64,000 nucleotides of DNA from Rickettsiales bacterium (GTDB lineage Bacteria > Pseudomonadota > Alphaproteobacteria > Rickettsiales > UBA998). Location: positions 385,472-449,471 of the forward strand of contig JAMWZD010000001.1 of the NCBI GenBank assembly GCA_024304995.1. Reading direction: 5' to 3'. The position numbers and the translations under genes are program-made. A model generated the notes under the pieces. The model did not search any database, was not told where the DNA came from, and saw only the letters and a list, made by a program, of their open reading frames with translations. Each line of letters starts with the position of its first letter. The first letter of the stretch is position 1. Below, piece by piece: positions 10,267 through 19,861 of this stretch.

Positions 10267-11301
10267 TCACTCACTCTCCGTTTCATCCATCATCAGCCCC
10301 ATAATAACGCCTTCGCGCACGCCTCGGTCTGCAATGGTGACGAAGCGGAAGGGGAAAGAACGCACGATGGCTTCAAAAATCACGCAGCCTGCCAGAATAA
10401 AATCTGCTCGGTCGGGTCCAATGCATGGATGCATAAACCGCTCAGACGGGCGCATATTCAGCAGCAGCCGTACGGTTTTCTGCAAGTCTTTGACGGACAG
10501 CTTCACCCCATCCACACGATTGCGGTCATAACGGTGCAAATCCAAGTAAATCGCCGCAAGCGTAGTTACCGTGCCAGAGGTGGAAAGCAGCTGCGTTGAA
10601 TCCTGCTCCAGATTTTCGGCGATGGAACTGCTTTGTGCCAGCGGTTCCATATAGCGCATACATTCGCGCACCATATCCTCGAAATAGAGTTCGATATAGG
10701 TCGTGTCACCTACCATTTCAGATAAGCTCATCACGCCATATGGCATAGACAGCCAGCCCTTTGTTTCAGGCACGAATGGGAAGACGGGGTCTTCTGCCGT
10801 ATAATAACTCTCAGGTGTTTTCACCCACATCAGCTCTGTGCTTCCCCCGCCTATGTCAAACGCAAGCGCACGTTTGATGCCACGTTCCAGCAGGGAGCAA
10901 CAGCCCATCAGCGCCAGTCGCGCTTCTTCTTCGCTGCTGATAATTTCAATATCCATGCCCGTATGGGTGCGAATATCTTCAACAAATTCTTCTGAGTTCG
11001 TGGCGCGGCGGCAGGCTTCCGTGGCAACAAAACGGCTGCGCTTCACAGGGTATTGCATGATTTTGTCAGCGCAATGCATGAGTGATTCGCGCGTGCGCAG
11101 CATCGCCGCTTTAGACAGCGCCCCATGTGCGCCAATCCCCTCCCCCAGCCGCACAATGCGCGAATAGCTATCAACGACGCTTAATGATCGCCCATTGGCA
11201 GTGTCTCGAAAGGTGGGATGCGCAATCAGCAAACGGCAATTATTCGTCCCTAAATCAATCGCGGCATAATATGCGTCGTCGCCTGAATCTAGGAGTGCCA
11301 T
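10267..11301 (-). CDS. ppx: Ppx/GppA family phosphatase (exopolyphosphatase-like)
   Basis: AAIDLGTNNCRLLIA...ALAFDIGGGSTEL are the ASKHA-fold Ppx/GppA phosphate-binding motifs. 344 aa. Confidence 0.85.
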   Translation of the reverse strand: MALLDSGDDAYYAAIDLGTNNCRLLIAHPTFRDTANGRSLSVVDSYSRIVRLGEGIGAHGALSKAAMLRTRESLMHCADKIMQYPVKRSRFVATEACRRATNSEEFVEDIRTHTGMDIEIISSEEEARLALMGCCSLLERGIKRALAFDIGGGSTELMWVKTPESYYTAEDPVFPFVPETKGWLSMPYGVMSLSEMVGDTTYIELYFEDMVRECMRYMEPLAQSSSIAENLEQDSTQLLSTSGTVTTLAAIYLDLHRYDRNRVDGVKLSVKDLQKTVRLLLNMRPSERFMHPCIGPDRADFILAGCVIFEAIVRSFPFRFVTIADRGVREGVIMGLMMDETESE

Positions 11302-11437
11302 TGCGTTGCTTCATTTTAGAGGTTAATAACCCTTTTATTATGCTTGAGTTTTGCAGGATTTGCAACCATTCAATCACGCGTGAAAAACGCTGAAATAGGG
11401 GATGACAAATGCATGATGTCATGGCACAATCACCCGC

Positions 11438-12703
11438 ATGAACACACAATATCCACTCAACACCCCTTCAGGGGATGCTTCTAAAACACTGATTGAAACT
11501 GGCAAAACCTACTGGAGCCAGAATTACGCCCCGCGCAGTATGATTATTGACCGTGGCAAAGGCGCGCGCATCTGGGATAAGGATGATAATGACTATATTG
11601 ATTTAGGGGCGGGCATTGCAGTGTGTTCTTTGGGGCATCAGGATGAAGATTTGTTAGCTGCGCTGGATGCACAATCGCGCAAAATATGGCATACAAGCAA
11701 TATATTTTATACGCAGCCTCCGATTGATTTGTCTGAAATTCTGGTAAACTCTGCGCCATTTGCAAAGCGTGCTTATTTCTGCAATTCTGGCGCAGAAGCA
11801 AACGAAGCAGCGATTAAAATTATCCGCAAATGGGCAGCGAATGAAGGGCGCGCACCCGACCACCGCGAAATTATCACTTTCAAAGGGTCATTTCATGGAC
11901 GCACCATTGCTGCGGTCACTGCGACCGCACAACCGAAATATCATGAAGGTTTTGAGCCGATGCCAGCGGGGTTTGTCTATTGTGATGAGTTTAATAATCT
12001 TGAAGCGCTGGAAGCACTGATTACGGAAAAAACAGCGGCGATCATGCTGGAACCTGTGCAGGGCGAAGGCGGCATCCGCCCTGCCACCATTGAATTTATG
12101 CAAGGAGTGCGTGCCTTGTGTGATAAACATAATATACTCTATGTTGTGGATGAAATTCAGTGCGGCGTGGGGCGCACGGGCGTGCTATATGGGCATATGT
12201 ATGGATGCGATGCGCAGCCAGATATTATGACACTTGCAAAAGCGCTGGGGTGCGGCGTGCCGATTGGGGCAACCTTGCTGGGCAAGAAAGTTGAACATAC
12301 GCTGCAAGTTGGCTCACATGGTTCGACATTTGGTGGCAATCCACTCATGTGTGCGGTCGCGATTGCAGCGATGAAAAAAATCAACACACCTGAAATGATG
12401 CAGCATGTGTGTGAACGTGCAGAGCAGGCATTTTTGCACCTGAACCAAATCAATGATGATTTGCACCTCTTCAAAGAAATTCGCGGACGTGGCTTGATGA
12501 TTGGGGCAGAGTTGATTGATGCACATGCTGGAAAAGCAGGTGCGATCGCCGAAGTAGCACGCCAGCATGGAGTGTTAGTGCTGGTGGCTGGACCTGATGT
12601 CTCCCGCCTGCTGCCACCGCTGAACATTACAGAAGATGAATTGCGTGAAGGGCTAGAACGTTTTCACGCTGCATGTAAACATTATCTGGAAAACGACGCT
12701 TAA
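11438..12703 (+). CDS. argD: Class III aminotransferase, acetylornithine aminotransferase-like
   Basis: SGAEANEAAIK...SFHGRT...LEPVQGEGG...VDEIQCGVGRTG...DIMTLAKALG (PLP-lysine context). 421 aa. Confidence 0.8.
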   Translation: MNTQYPLNTPSGDASKTLIETGKTYWSQNYAPRSMIIDRGKGARIWDKDDNDYIDLGAGIAVCSLGHQDEDLLAALDAQSRKIWHTSNIFYTQPPIDLSEILVNSAPFAKRAYFCNSGAEANEAAIKIIRKWAANEGRAPDHREIITFKGSFHGRTIAAVTATAQPKYHEGFEPMPAGFVYCDEFNNLEALEALITEKTAAIMLEPVQGEGGIRPATIEFMQGVRALCDKHNILYVVDEIQCGVGRTGVLYGHMYGCDAQPDIMTLAKALGCGVPIGATLLGKKVEHTLQVGSHGSTFGGNPLMCAVAIAAMKKINTPEMMQHVCERAEQAFLHLNQINDDLHLFKEIRGRGLMIGAELIDAHAGKAGAIAEVARQHGVLVLVAGPDVSRLLPPLNITEDELREGLERFHAACKHYLENDA

Positions 12704-12855
12704 TCTTTTTTCTTCACTTCCTTATGCAAGCCAGGTTTTGGCGCAGCTTTGCGGCGGCGCATATTCTGGCGCAATGCCTGCTGCAGTTTTTCGTCCTGCA
12801 CCCTGTCCTGATGGGAGCGTGCAATCGGCTTGTCTGATTCTTTTGATGAGTCCAT
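12700..12855 (-). CDS. Small basic hypothetical protein
   Basis: An internal Met gives a 51-aa Lys/Arg-rich product (MDSSKESDKPIARSHQDRVQDEKLQQALRQNMRRRKAAPKP...). No recognisable family; coding status uncertain. Confidence 0.3.
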   Translation of the reverse strand: MDSSKESDKPIARSHQDRVQDEKLQQALRQNMRRRKAAPKPGLHKEVKKKD

Positions 12856-12933
12856 GAAAATGCGTATAATGCAGAACTGGGTGCTTGCCAACCGCAAATA
12901 ACTGTGGCAAAAGAATGGCGCACATGATAATGT

Positions 12934-13008
12934 GCCGATGTAGCTCAGTGGTAGAGCACGTCATTGGTAATGACGGGGTCGGAAGTTCAATTCTTCTCAT
13001 CGGCACCA
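12934..13008 (+). tRNA. tRNA-Thr (anticodon GGT)
   Basis: Hand-folded cloverleaf: acceptor gccgatg/catcggc, anticodon stem cgtca/tgacg with loop ttGGTaa, T-loop ttcaatt, encoded CCA. Confidence 0.9.
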
Positions 13009-13020
13009 GCTGCATAATAT

Positions 13021-13106
13021 GCCCAGATGGCGGAATGGTAGACGCGCTAGCTTCAGGTGCTAGTTCTCTTCGGGGAGTGGAGGTTCAAGTCCTCTTCTGG
13101 GCACCA
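13021..13106 (+). tRNA. tRNA-Leu (anticodon CAG)
   Basis: Acceptor gcccaga/tctgggc, anticodon stem ctagc/gctag with loop ttCAGgt, long variable arm (ttctcttcggggagtg), T-loop ttcaagt, encoded CCA. Confidence 0.9.
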
Positions 13107-13216
13107 TCCAAAAAACAAATCACAAGTAACGCAACGCCCCACATTCTTTATAGCTTCTTAATATGCTTTATTGCTACCATTATACTAATCTAATTTAATA
13201 TTCGGAGTTATAGTTT

Positions 13217-13720
13217 ATGAGCAAGTCTGCTTTAAAGATCACAGATGATGTATCTGTTGATATTGGTGTGAAGGAAGCAAAACGTGAGGAAGTCGCCAAG
13301 AAACTTGCTGGCTTTCTGGCAACAACCTACACACTTTACATGAAAACATTATATTACCACTGGAATGTGACAGGCCCACAATTCCACAGTTTACATACAT
13401 TGTTTGAAGAGCAATATAATGATCTGCACGCTGCGGGAGATGAAATTGCTGAGCGTATTCGCGCATTGGGTCATTTCACACCAGGAACCTACAAGGCATT
13501 CGGCAAATTATCTGCCATCAAGGAAGACAGTGAATTGCCGCAGGACGCAATGCAGATGGTGAAAAATCTGTTGCATGACAATGAACTTGCTTCAAAAGAA
13601 GCGCGCAAAGTGCTGGAAAGCGCTGAAGAAGCCACAGATGAAGTGAGCATGGATATGATGGTGGAACGTATGTCCATCCATGAGGAAGCAGCCTGGATGC
13701 TTCGCGCAACTATCGGCTAA
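13217..13720 (+). CDS. dps: Dps family DNA starvation/stationary-phase protection protein (ferritin-like)
   Basis: LYMKTLYYHWNVTGPQFHSLHTLFEEQYNDLHAAGDEIAERI is the Dps ferroxidase-centre region. 167 aa. Confidence 0.9.
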   Translation: MSKSALKITDDVSVDIGVKEAKREEVAKKLAGFLATTYTLYMKTLYYHWNVTGPQFHSLHTLFEEQYNDLHAAGDEIAERIRALGHFTPGTYKAFGKLSAIKEDSELPQDAMQMVKNLLHDNELASKEARKVLESAEEATDEVSMDMMVERMSIHEEAAWMLRATIG

Positions 13721-13746
13721 ACGCTTCAGACATATGAACGACTAAG

Positions 13747-13781
13747 GACGAAGCGTTTTAATCAAGCGCTTCGTCTTTGAT
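13747..13781 (+). terminator. Rho-independent terminator downstream of dps
   Basis: Stem gacgaagcg (13747-13755) / cgcttcgtc (13767-13775), followed by tttgatt. Confidence 0.6.
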
Positions 13782-13825
13782 TATTAACTCAAACAAAACA
13801 TTTTTAGCGGGATCAACATCACGTA

Positions 13826-15817
13826 ATGACAATCTTAGTTTGTATTGACGGTACAGCAAAAAGCAAATCCCTGTTACATGCTGCCAGATTGAAGGCAAAT
13901 GTGCATGGATGTGGTTGGATTGCATTACATATTAATACATCACATGGTGAGACGACCAATGCTGATTCCGAAACACTGACATCATTATTTGCCACCGCTG
14001 AACAAATGGGTGCTGAATGTGTGTCCATCAATGCAAATAATGTTTTTTCAGGCATTACTGATTTTTTGTATAATGGCTCTCTGCATAATCAGAATATTAT
14101 ACAGATTATTGTTGGTCAGACTCCGAAGAGCGGATTTTTGAAAGAGTTGCGGCTCACCATCGGTGAACGTCTGATACGCGAATTGCGCAATTCTACTACT
14201 GAAATCCGCATCGTTCCACTGACTGCAGATTATTATACTCCTTCATGGTATGACCGCCTGAAACTTCGCAAACTCCATATTCATGATATGGGAATTGTCG
14301 TATTATCCAGTATTATCGCGCTTGGCTGCGCCCGCACCATCCAGCATTACGGATATTATTTCAATTCAGGCTCCATCAGTTACCCTCTATTATCGTTCTT
14401 CTTGCTGGCAACGATTTTTTCATCGCTAAGATGCGGTTTTCTTTCTGGCGTTATATCACTGCTAATCAATAGCTTTATTGTGAATTTCATATTTACTGTG
14501 CCGTATGGAAGTTTATTCATTGAAGCGCCACAGCAGCGCATCGGCATGGCTTTATTTATTTTTACAGGTCTGATCGGGGTGTTATTTGGTGCGTATAACA
14601 GGGCAAGCAATCGGGCGCTTATTCGCCGTGAAGAAAATGCGCTGGCATTTTATTCTTTGCACCGCGCCACCAGCAATGTATCCAATATTCCCAAAGCGCT
14701 GAAAACCCTGCATGAAGAATTGGACAGATTGCTGGATATGGATGTCGCTTTCTTTTTGCCAGAAGATAATCATCCTGAACATCTTGCTCCTGCCTATCCA
14801 TATGATTTCACCTTGTCTGAAGAAGATGCTGAAAGACTGAACAAACACTGGGATCTGGCGCGGGCAGAAGGCGTGGCAAAAAGTGCCGCAGATAAACACT
14901 CAGGCTGGCGTTTTGAAATTATGCACGGCATGTCCGTGGGGGATATTGGCGTACTGGGCATTAACACCAAAACCTATAAAGCTATTGATATTTCTTCTGC
15001 AAGATTATTGCGCGCGCTGGCAGATCAGTGTGCCGCCACATTAGAGCGCATCCAGCTGGCAGAAGAAGCGCAGCGGCTGCGTATTCAGAAAGAACGCGAA
15101 AATCTTCGTGCTATGCTATTGTCCAGTGTTTCGCATGACTTAAAAACTCCGCTTGCTTCGGTTATTGGCTCACTTAGTGTGTTTCAGCGAATGCAGCAAT
15201 CAGGCAAGCTGAATCAGGATATTGGCAAGGAGCTGATTGAAACAGCATATAATGAAGCGAATCGGCTTGATGGCTTCATCACTAACATTCTGGATATGAC
15301 GCGGATTGAAAGTGGCGATATTGAATTTGATATTGACTGGTCATCTCCTGCTCAGATGATTGACAAAGTAACGCGACGTATGCAACACAGGTTGAATGAA
15401 CGCAGGTTAGTACTGGATATTCCTGACAAACCGATTGAAGTGCGTGCAGACAGTATGCTGACGGAACAGGTCTATCAGAATATTCTGGACAATGCTGTGA
15501 AATATTCACCTGTCAACACAGAGATTATTGTCTCATTGAAATATGATAAAACCAATTGTCATATTTGCGTGCGCGATCATGGCTACGGTATTCCTGAAGA
15601 AAAGCTAGGCCGTATCTTCGATAAATATGAGCGTCTGAAACAAACTGACTCTACTGTTGCAGGCACGGGACTTGGGCTGGCTATTGCCAAAGCAATTATG
15701 GAAGGTCAGAATGGGAGCATAAAAGCCCTATCCCATGACGATGGCAGTGAATTTATTATCAGTTTTTCCGAATGGCGTCTTAATGATGAAGCCGATATGA
15801 TGAAAGAAACAGGTTGA
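13826..15817 (+). CDS. Sensor histidine kinase of the KdpD C-terminal type (Usp-like domain, membrane DUF4118-like block, HisKA, HATPase_c); lacks the N-terminal KdpD P-loop domain
   Basis: Usp-like start MTILVCIDGTAKS; four hydrophobic helices around residues 150-260; H-box LSSVSHDLKTPLASVIGS; G-boxes RDHGYGIP and GTGLGLAIAK. Confidence 0.85.
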   Translation: MTILVCIDGTAKSKSLLHAARLKANVHGCGWIALHINTSHGETTNADSETLTSLFATAEQMGAECVSINANNVFSGITDFLYNGSLHNQNIIQIIVGQTPKSGFLKELRLTIGERLIRELRNSTTEIRIVPLTADYYTPSWYDRLKLRKLHIHDMGIVVLSSIIALGCARTIQHYGYYFNSGSISYPLLSFFLLATIFSSLRCGFLSGVISLLINSFIVNFIFTVPYGSLFIEAPQQRIGMALFIFTGLIGVLFGAYNRASNRALIRREENALAFYSLHRATSNVSNIPKALKTLHEELDRLLDMDVAFFLPEDNHPEHLAPAYPYDFTLSEEDAERLNKHWDLARAEGVAKSAADKHSGWRFEIMHGMSVGDIGVLGINTKTYKAIDISSARLLRALADQCAATLERIQLAEEAQRLRIQKERENLRAMLLSSVSHDLKTPLASVIGSLSVFQRMQQSGKLNQDIGKELIETAYNEANRLDGFITNILDMTRIESGDIEFDIDWSSPAQMIDKVTRRMQHRLNERRLVLDIPDKPIEVRADSMLTEQVYQNILDNAVKYSPVNTEIIVSLKYDKTNCHICVRDHGYGIPEEKLGRIFDKYERLKQTDSTVAGTGLGLAIAKAIMEGQNGSIKALSHDDGSEFIISFSEWRLNDEADMMKETG

Positions 15818-15821
15818 GGAG

Positions 15822-16199
15822 ATGGGCATCGAAAATAGTACCATATTGTTGATTGATGATACACCGCCAATTCGTTATTTCATGCGTCTGACGCTGGAAG
15901 AAGAAGGGGCGGAATGCATTGAAGCATCCAGCATTGAGGATGGTATAAAATTCAGTTTGCAGCATAAACCCGATATGATTGTGCTGGATATGGATTTGCC
16001 AGATGATGCCATATTTCAACATATGCAGCAGCTAAAAAACACCCATCACATGCCTAGCATTATTGCTTTGACAGCGCGGCGTGAAAAACGCTTTATTGAT
16101 AAAGCAATCAGCCACGGGGCTGATGCGACCATCAGCAAACCATTTGCCATTAGCGATTTATTAGATGTTATTGAAAATGTCTGCGACGTAGTGAACTAA
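15822..16199 (+). CDS. Single-domain response regulator (receiver only)
   Basis: 125 aa. ILLIDDTPP...MIVLDMDLPD...ISKPF are the CheY-like acidic pocket, phospho-Asp and conserved Lys. Starts 4 nt after the kinase gene. Confidence 0.85.
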   Translation: MGIENSTILLIDDTPPIRYFMRLTLEEEGAECIEASSIEDGIKFSLQHKPDMIVLDMDLPDDAIFQHMQQLKNTHHMPSIIALTARREKRFIDKAISHGADATISKPFAISDLLDVIENVCDVVN

Positions 16200-16219
16200 G
16201 GAAAATACAGAGGAACTTT

Positions 16220-16672
16220 ATGCATTATTATACGATTGTAAAATCACAGGAAAAAGCCAATAGACTGATTGAAGAACTGGAAAAAGAAGGTATTAAATCA
16301 GAACAGATTAACGTGATCATGAAGTCTGGCACTACAGACGACACTACTGATATGAATAAACAGGATTTGCTTAACCGCAATGTTAAAGTTGAAGATGCAC
16401 CCAAAGGCGCTGTTGGTTCTGTTGGTGCAGTCGGCGCAGCGGCAACAGGCATTCTGACAGGATTAGGAATTGTAGTGGCAGGCCCTGTGGTTGGTGCAAT
16501 TGCAGGCGGCGCGGCATTAACTGCTTCTGCAGCCGCGTTATTTACCAATCTGGGCATTCCTGCAAAACATCATGAAGAATATATGGATCGTCTGCATATG
16601 GGTGATATTTTAATTCAGGTATATTGTGAAGATCAGCCTGATATCGCCCATCATTTTGACCAAGCGGCATAA
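16220..16672 (+). CDS. General-stress-like protein with glycine-zipper membrane segment (YflT/DUF1269-like, tentative)
   Basis: N-terminal MHYYTIVKSQEKANRLIEELEKEGIKSEQI, then GAVGSVGAVGAAATGILTGLGIVVAGPVVGAIAGGAAL. Family assignment from memory only. Confidence 0.4.
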   Translation: MHYYTIVKSQEKANRLIEELEKEGIKSEQINVIMKSGTTDDTTDMNKQDLLNRNVKVEDAPKGAVGSVGAVGAAATGILTGLGIVVAGPVVGAIAGGAALTASAAALFTNLGIPAKHHEEYMDRLHMGDILIQVYCEDQPDIAHHFDQAA

Positions 16673-16677
16673 TTACG

Positions 16678-17748
16678 TTGAGCCAGGATGTTCAATACCA
16701 TATTGACGCGCCTATGGCTTGGGACGCGATGCTGGATGCTGCTTACAGCGCAAAAAAGTCACTTAAAATTGAACAATATGCCATTGACCCTGACGACATC
16801 GGCACAAAGTTCGTTAAGTGTTTTATTGATAAAGCCAAAGAAGGGCTGGATGTTCAGTTATTGATTGATGGCTGGGGCTGCTATAATCTGACAAAGTCAG
16901 AGCTTTACACACAGATGATTGACGCTGGCGTGAAAGTGACCATTTTTCGCCCCGTGAATTTTAAACGTCTTGCCACTTTTTCCGTATTGCCGCGCAATCA
17001 CCGCAAAATGCATGTGTATGATGACGAAGTGGTGTTTGTAGGCGGCATCTGCCTGTATGATGAAATACGTGACTGGCGTGACACTATGCTGGAAGTGTAT
17101 GATGAGCATATTGTGCAGCAATGTCTGGCGGTGTTTAGCGATACGTGCGACAGGGCAGATGACAATATGACATATGGTGATATGCCCTATCATAAAGATG
17201 ATGAGCATGACATGACCATTTATGCCAATGCGCCCACGGTCAAAAAACAACGTTTTACGCATGTGCTGCATCAGATGATTGATAATGCTCAGGAGCATAT
17301 CGTCCTGACCACACCGTATTTTGCACCAGATGATGAGTTAATGAGCAGCATTAAAGCAGCAGCGGCGCGTGGCATTAAGGTGGATATTCTGGTGTCGGAT
17401 TATGCGAAAATCGGCCCCTATACGGTTTCAAAGAAAATTGCTAGAACATTGATAGAATGCGGCACAAATATCTATTATTACACTCAGAATATGCTACATC
17501 TGAAAATGATGATCATAGATAGAAAATGGGCGGCTATTGGCAGTTGCAATCTGGATGGTTTAAGCATTCGACAGAATGAGGAGATCATGCTTGCAACCTC
17601 CCGCGAGTCCGTGGTCGAAGAGCTTTTCACCCATTATCAGGCAGATTTGCAAGGTTGCAAACCATTCACCATTGCTGACTGGCATAATCGAACCATAAAA
17701 GAAAAATTTGTTGGTGCGGTGTGCTATCCGTTCAGGCATTATTTATAA
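16678..17748 (+). CDS. Phospholipase D superfamily protein with two HKD motifs (cardiolipin synthase ClsB-like, no TM segment)
   Basis: HKD motifs HRKMHVYDDEVVFVGG and HLKMMIIDRKWAAIGSCN. TTG start at 16678 per the ORF track; an alternative ATG lies at 16714. Confidence 0.8.
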   Translation: MSQDVQYHIDAPMAWDAMLDAAYSAKKSLKIEQYAIDPDDIGTKFVKCFIDKAKEGLDVQLLIDGWGCYNLTKSELYTQMIDAGVKVTIFRPVNFKRLATFSVLPRNHRKMHVYDDEVVFVGGICLYDEIRDWRDTMLEVYDEHIVQQCLAVFSDTCDRADDNMTYGDMPYHKDDEHDMTIYANAPTVKKQRFTHVLHQMIDNAQEHIVLTTPYFAPDDELMSSIKAAAARGIKVDILVSDYAKIGPYTVSKKIARTLIECGTNIYYYTQNMLHLKMMIIDRKWAAIGSCNLDGLSIRQNEEIMLATSRESVVEELFTHYQADLQGCKPFTIADWHNRTIKEKFVGAVCYPFRHYL

Positions 17749-17754
17749 AGCGTT

Positions 17755-18810
17755 ATGTCTCAACGAATTATCTCTTATTTTTCGCAGCCACTGCAGGGAG
17801 ACGTATCTTTTAAAAAGATGCTGAACCATGCAAAAGAAGAATATTATCTGACTGATTATTGGGAACATGAAATGGAAGATGGGCGCGTGGCGCATCATTT
17901 TCTGGTGCATTCCGCATTTTCGCAACCTTTGCTGGATATGTTGCAGCCTTTACTGGACAAGGAAGATAGCGGACGGTTGGTGGTTTCAGCAACGGAAGCT
18001 GTGCTTCCCAAGCCCAAAGATGAAACAGACGAGGAAATTCAGGAACATATTGAAAAACTGAAACAACGCAATGCGTCGGGCATAGGGCGCATTTCGCGCG
18101 AAGAGCTTTATAATGATATTGTCTCAGGTGCAGATATCAGCATGAATTATCTGCTGATGGTGTTTTTCTCCACCATCGTGGCATCTGTTGGGCTGCTTTA
18201 TAATGATATAGCGGTGATTGTTGGGGCAATGGTGATTGCCCCATTTTTGGGGCCTAATCTGGCATTGTCGCTATCAACGGTGCTGGGCGATGGAACGCTA
18301 ACGTTACGCGCTATCAAATCCTCTGCCGCGGGCATTTCACTTAGTATTATCATGGGTGTCATACTGGGTTATCTCTGGCCTTATAATCTGGATAATGATG
18401 AGCTGTTGCGCCGCACGGAAGTGGGATTTTCCAGTATTTTTCTGGCACTGAGTGCTGGTGCAGCTGCAGTGTTATCTCTCACCAAAGGTGTATCCACCGC
18501 TTTGGTGGGGGTGATGGTGGCAGCCGCCCTCCTCCCCCCTGTGGCGGCATGTGGGCTGATGATTGGTTCAGGACAATATTATCACGCAGAGGGAGCAGCC
18601 GTATTATTCGCAGTAAATATTGCGTGCATTAATATTGCTGCAAATATCGTTTTTATTTCTCATGGTGTTGTGCCTCACCGCTGGTATGAAAAAGAAAAAT
18701 CCCGCAAGCACGCTATCACTTCTTTCATTGTGTGGGGCGCGGGTCTGGCATTTCTCATTTTCCTGATTATGACCCGTAAGAAATATTTTGATCTGGAATG
18801 GTTGTTTTAA
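17755..18810 (+). CDS. DUF389 / TIGR00341-family integral membrane protein
   Basis: Soluble N-terminal part, then the multi-TM block ...VIVGAMVIAPFLGPNLALSLS... characteristic of DUF389. Confidence 0.75.
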   Translation: MSQRIISYFSQPLQGDVSFKKMLNHAKEEYYLTDYWEHEMEDGRVAHHFLVHSAFSQPLLDMLQPLLDKEDSGRLVVSATEAVLPKPKDETDEEIQEHIEKLKQRNASGIGRISREELYNDIVSGADISMNYLLMVFFSTIVASVGLLYNDIAVIVGAMVIAPFLGPNLALSLSTVLGDGTLTLRAIKSSAAGISLSIIMGVILGYLWPYNLDNDELLRRTEVGFSSIFLALSAGAAAVLSLTKGVSTALVGVMVAAALLPPVAACGLMIGSGQYYHAEGAAVLFAVNIACINIAANIVFISHGVVPHRWYEKEKSRKHAITSFIVWGAGLAFLIFLIMTRKKYFDLEWLF

Positions 18811-18907
18811 AAATTCAACGGAACTGACCTGCTTTCTGCGCTTTTGCTTTTACATAAAAACAACATGCCATACAATTAGTTATGTCATTTTCATGACATG
18901 GGGCAGA

Positions 18908-19804
18908 TCAAAATGTATGCTCCGTCAATTTTCGCTGAATGAAATGGCGAAACGCGCGGATGCGTTTGGATTCTTTCATGTCCATTGAATACACCATATA
19001 CGCATCTACTGCAGGAGGCGTAATATCGTCCAGAATGCGGGAGACATGCCGCGCCCGTTCAACTACATAATCTGGCAGCACCGCAATTCCCATGCCCTGC
19101 TTTACGACGCGCAGCATCGCCATGAGATTATTCACGCTGAAATGCACGTTGAGCTCAATGCCTTCTGCTTTTGCCTGTTTCTGCAACCAGTTATGGCCAT
19201 CCATCACATGATGCCCCGTGGTGGATAATGTCAGCACACGATGTTTTTCCAAATCCTTTAAAGACTTTGGGATGCCATGCACCCGCAGATAATCATTTGA
19301 TGCATAAATCGAGCTGTGAATGGTGGTGAGTGGGCGCTGGATAAGATCAGGATTTTTAGATTCATACATGCGAATTGCCACATCCGCTTCACGCATACTG
19401 ATGTTGCGCTGCTCATCTTCCAGCACCAGCTCTACTTTAATTTCGGGGTAAAGCTCCGTAAATTCGTTCATCTGCGCTGCCAGCCAGATGGAACCAAAAC
19501 TATGCCCCGCTGTCACCCGCAATGAACCTTTCGGACGGTCTGAAAGTTCAAGCAGGGCATTTTCAGTCTGCGCCAGCTTTTGAAAAAAGTCGCTTACCGT
19601 TCCAAGCAGAATATCGCCTTGTTCGGTCAGCAATAATCCGCGTGCGCGGCGGTGGAAAAGCTGGGTCTTCATGCTGCTTTCCAGCGCGGTGATTTGCCTG
19701 CTTACCGCAGACTGGCTTGCGTTCAGCCGCTCCGCTGCTTTTGTAATATTCTTTGTTTGTGCAACAATATAGAAAATGCGTAACTTGTCCCAATCCAGCA
19801 TCAT
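18908..19804 (-). CDS. LysR family transcriptional regulator
   Basis: N-terminal wHTH (KLRIFYIVAQTKNITKAAERLNASQSAVSRQITALE) plus a LysR substrate-binding domain. 298 aa. Confidence 0.9.
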   Translation of the reverse strand: MMLDWDKLRIFYIVAQTKNITKAAERLNASQSAVSRQITALESSMKTQLFHRRARGLLLTEQGDILLGTVSDFFQKLAQTENALLELSDRPKGSLRVTAGHSFGSIWLAAQMNEFTELYPEIKVELVLEDEQRNISMREADVAIRMYESKNPDLIQRPLTTIHSSIYASNDYLRVHGIPKSLKDLEKHRVLTLSTTGHHVMDGHNWLQKQAKAEGIELNVHFSVNNLMAMLRVVKQGMGIAVLPDYVVERARHVSRILDDITPPAVDAYMVYSMDMKESKRIRAFRHFIQRKLTEHTF

Positions 19805-19861
19805 CCCCTCCTAATGCCTTATGCGGTCATAATGCCTGAAGAAGAAGGATTGGTAAAGAAA

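Noticed and set aside
12856-12933. Promoter for the tRNA-Thr/tRNA-Leu pair, and the short inverted repeat gcacat-gata-atgtgc just upstream
   Set aside because: No convincing -35/-10 pair at proper spacing could be read. The 6-bp palindrome is too short to interpret.
12722-13015. 97-aa minus-strand ORF (…RRIELPTPSLPMTCSTTELHRH…)
   Set aside because: This is the classic antisense translation of a tRNA gene. It spans tRNA-Thr.
13107-13216. tRNA-Leu 3' end as an integration site for the downstream dps/kinase region
   Set aside because: No direct repeat of the tRNA 3' end and no integrase were found downstream. The composition of the downstream genes is backbone-like.
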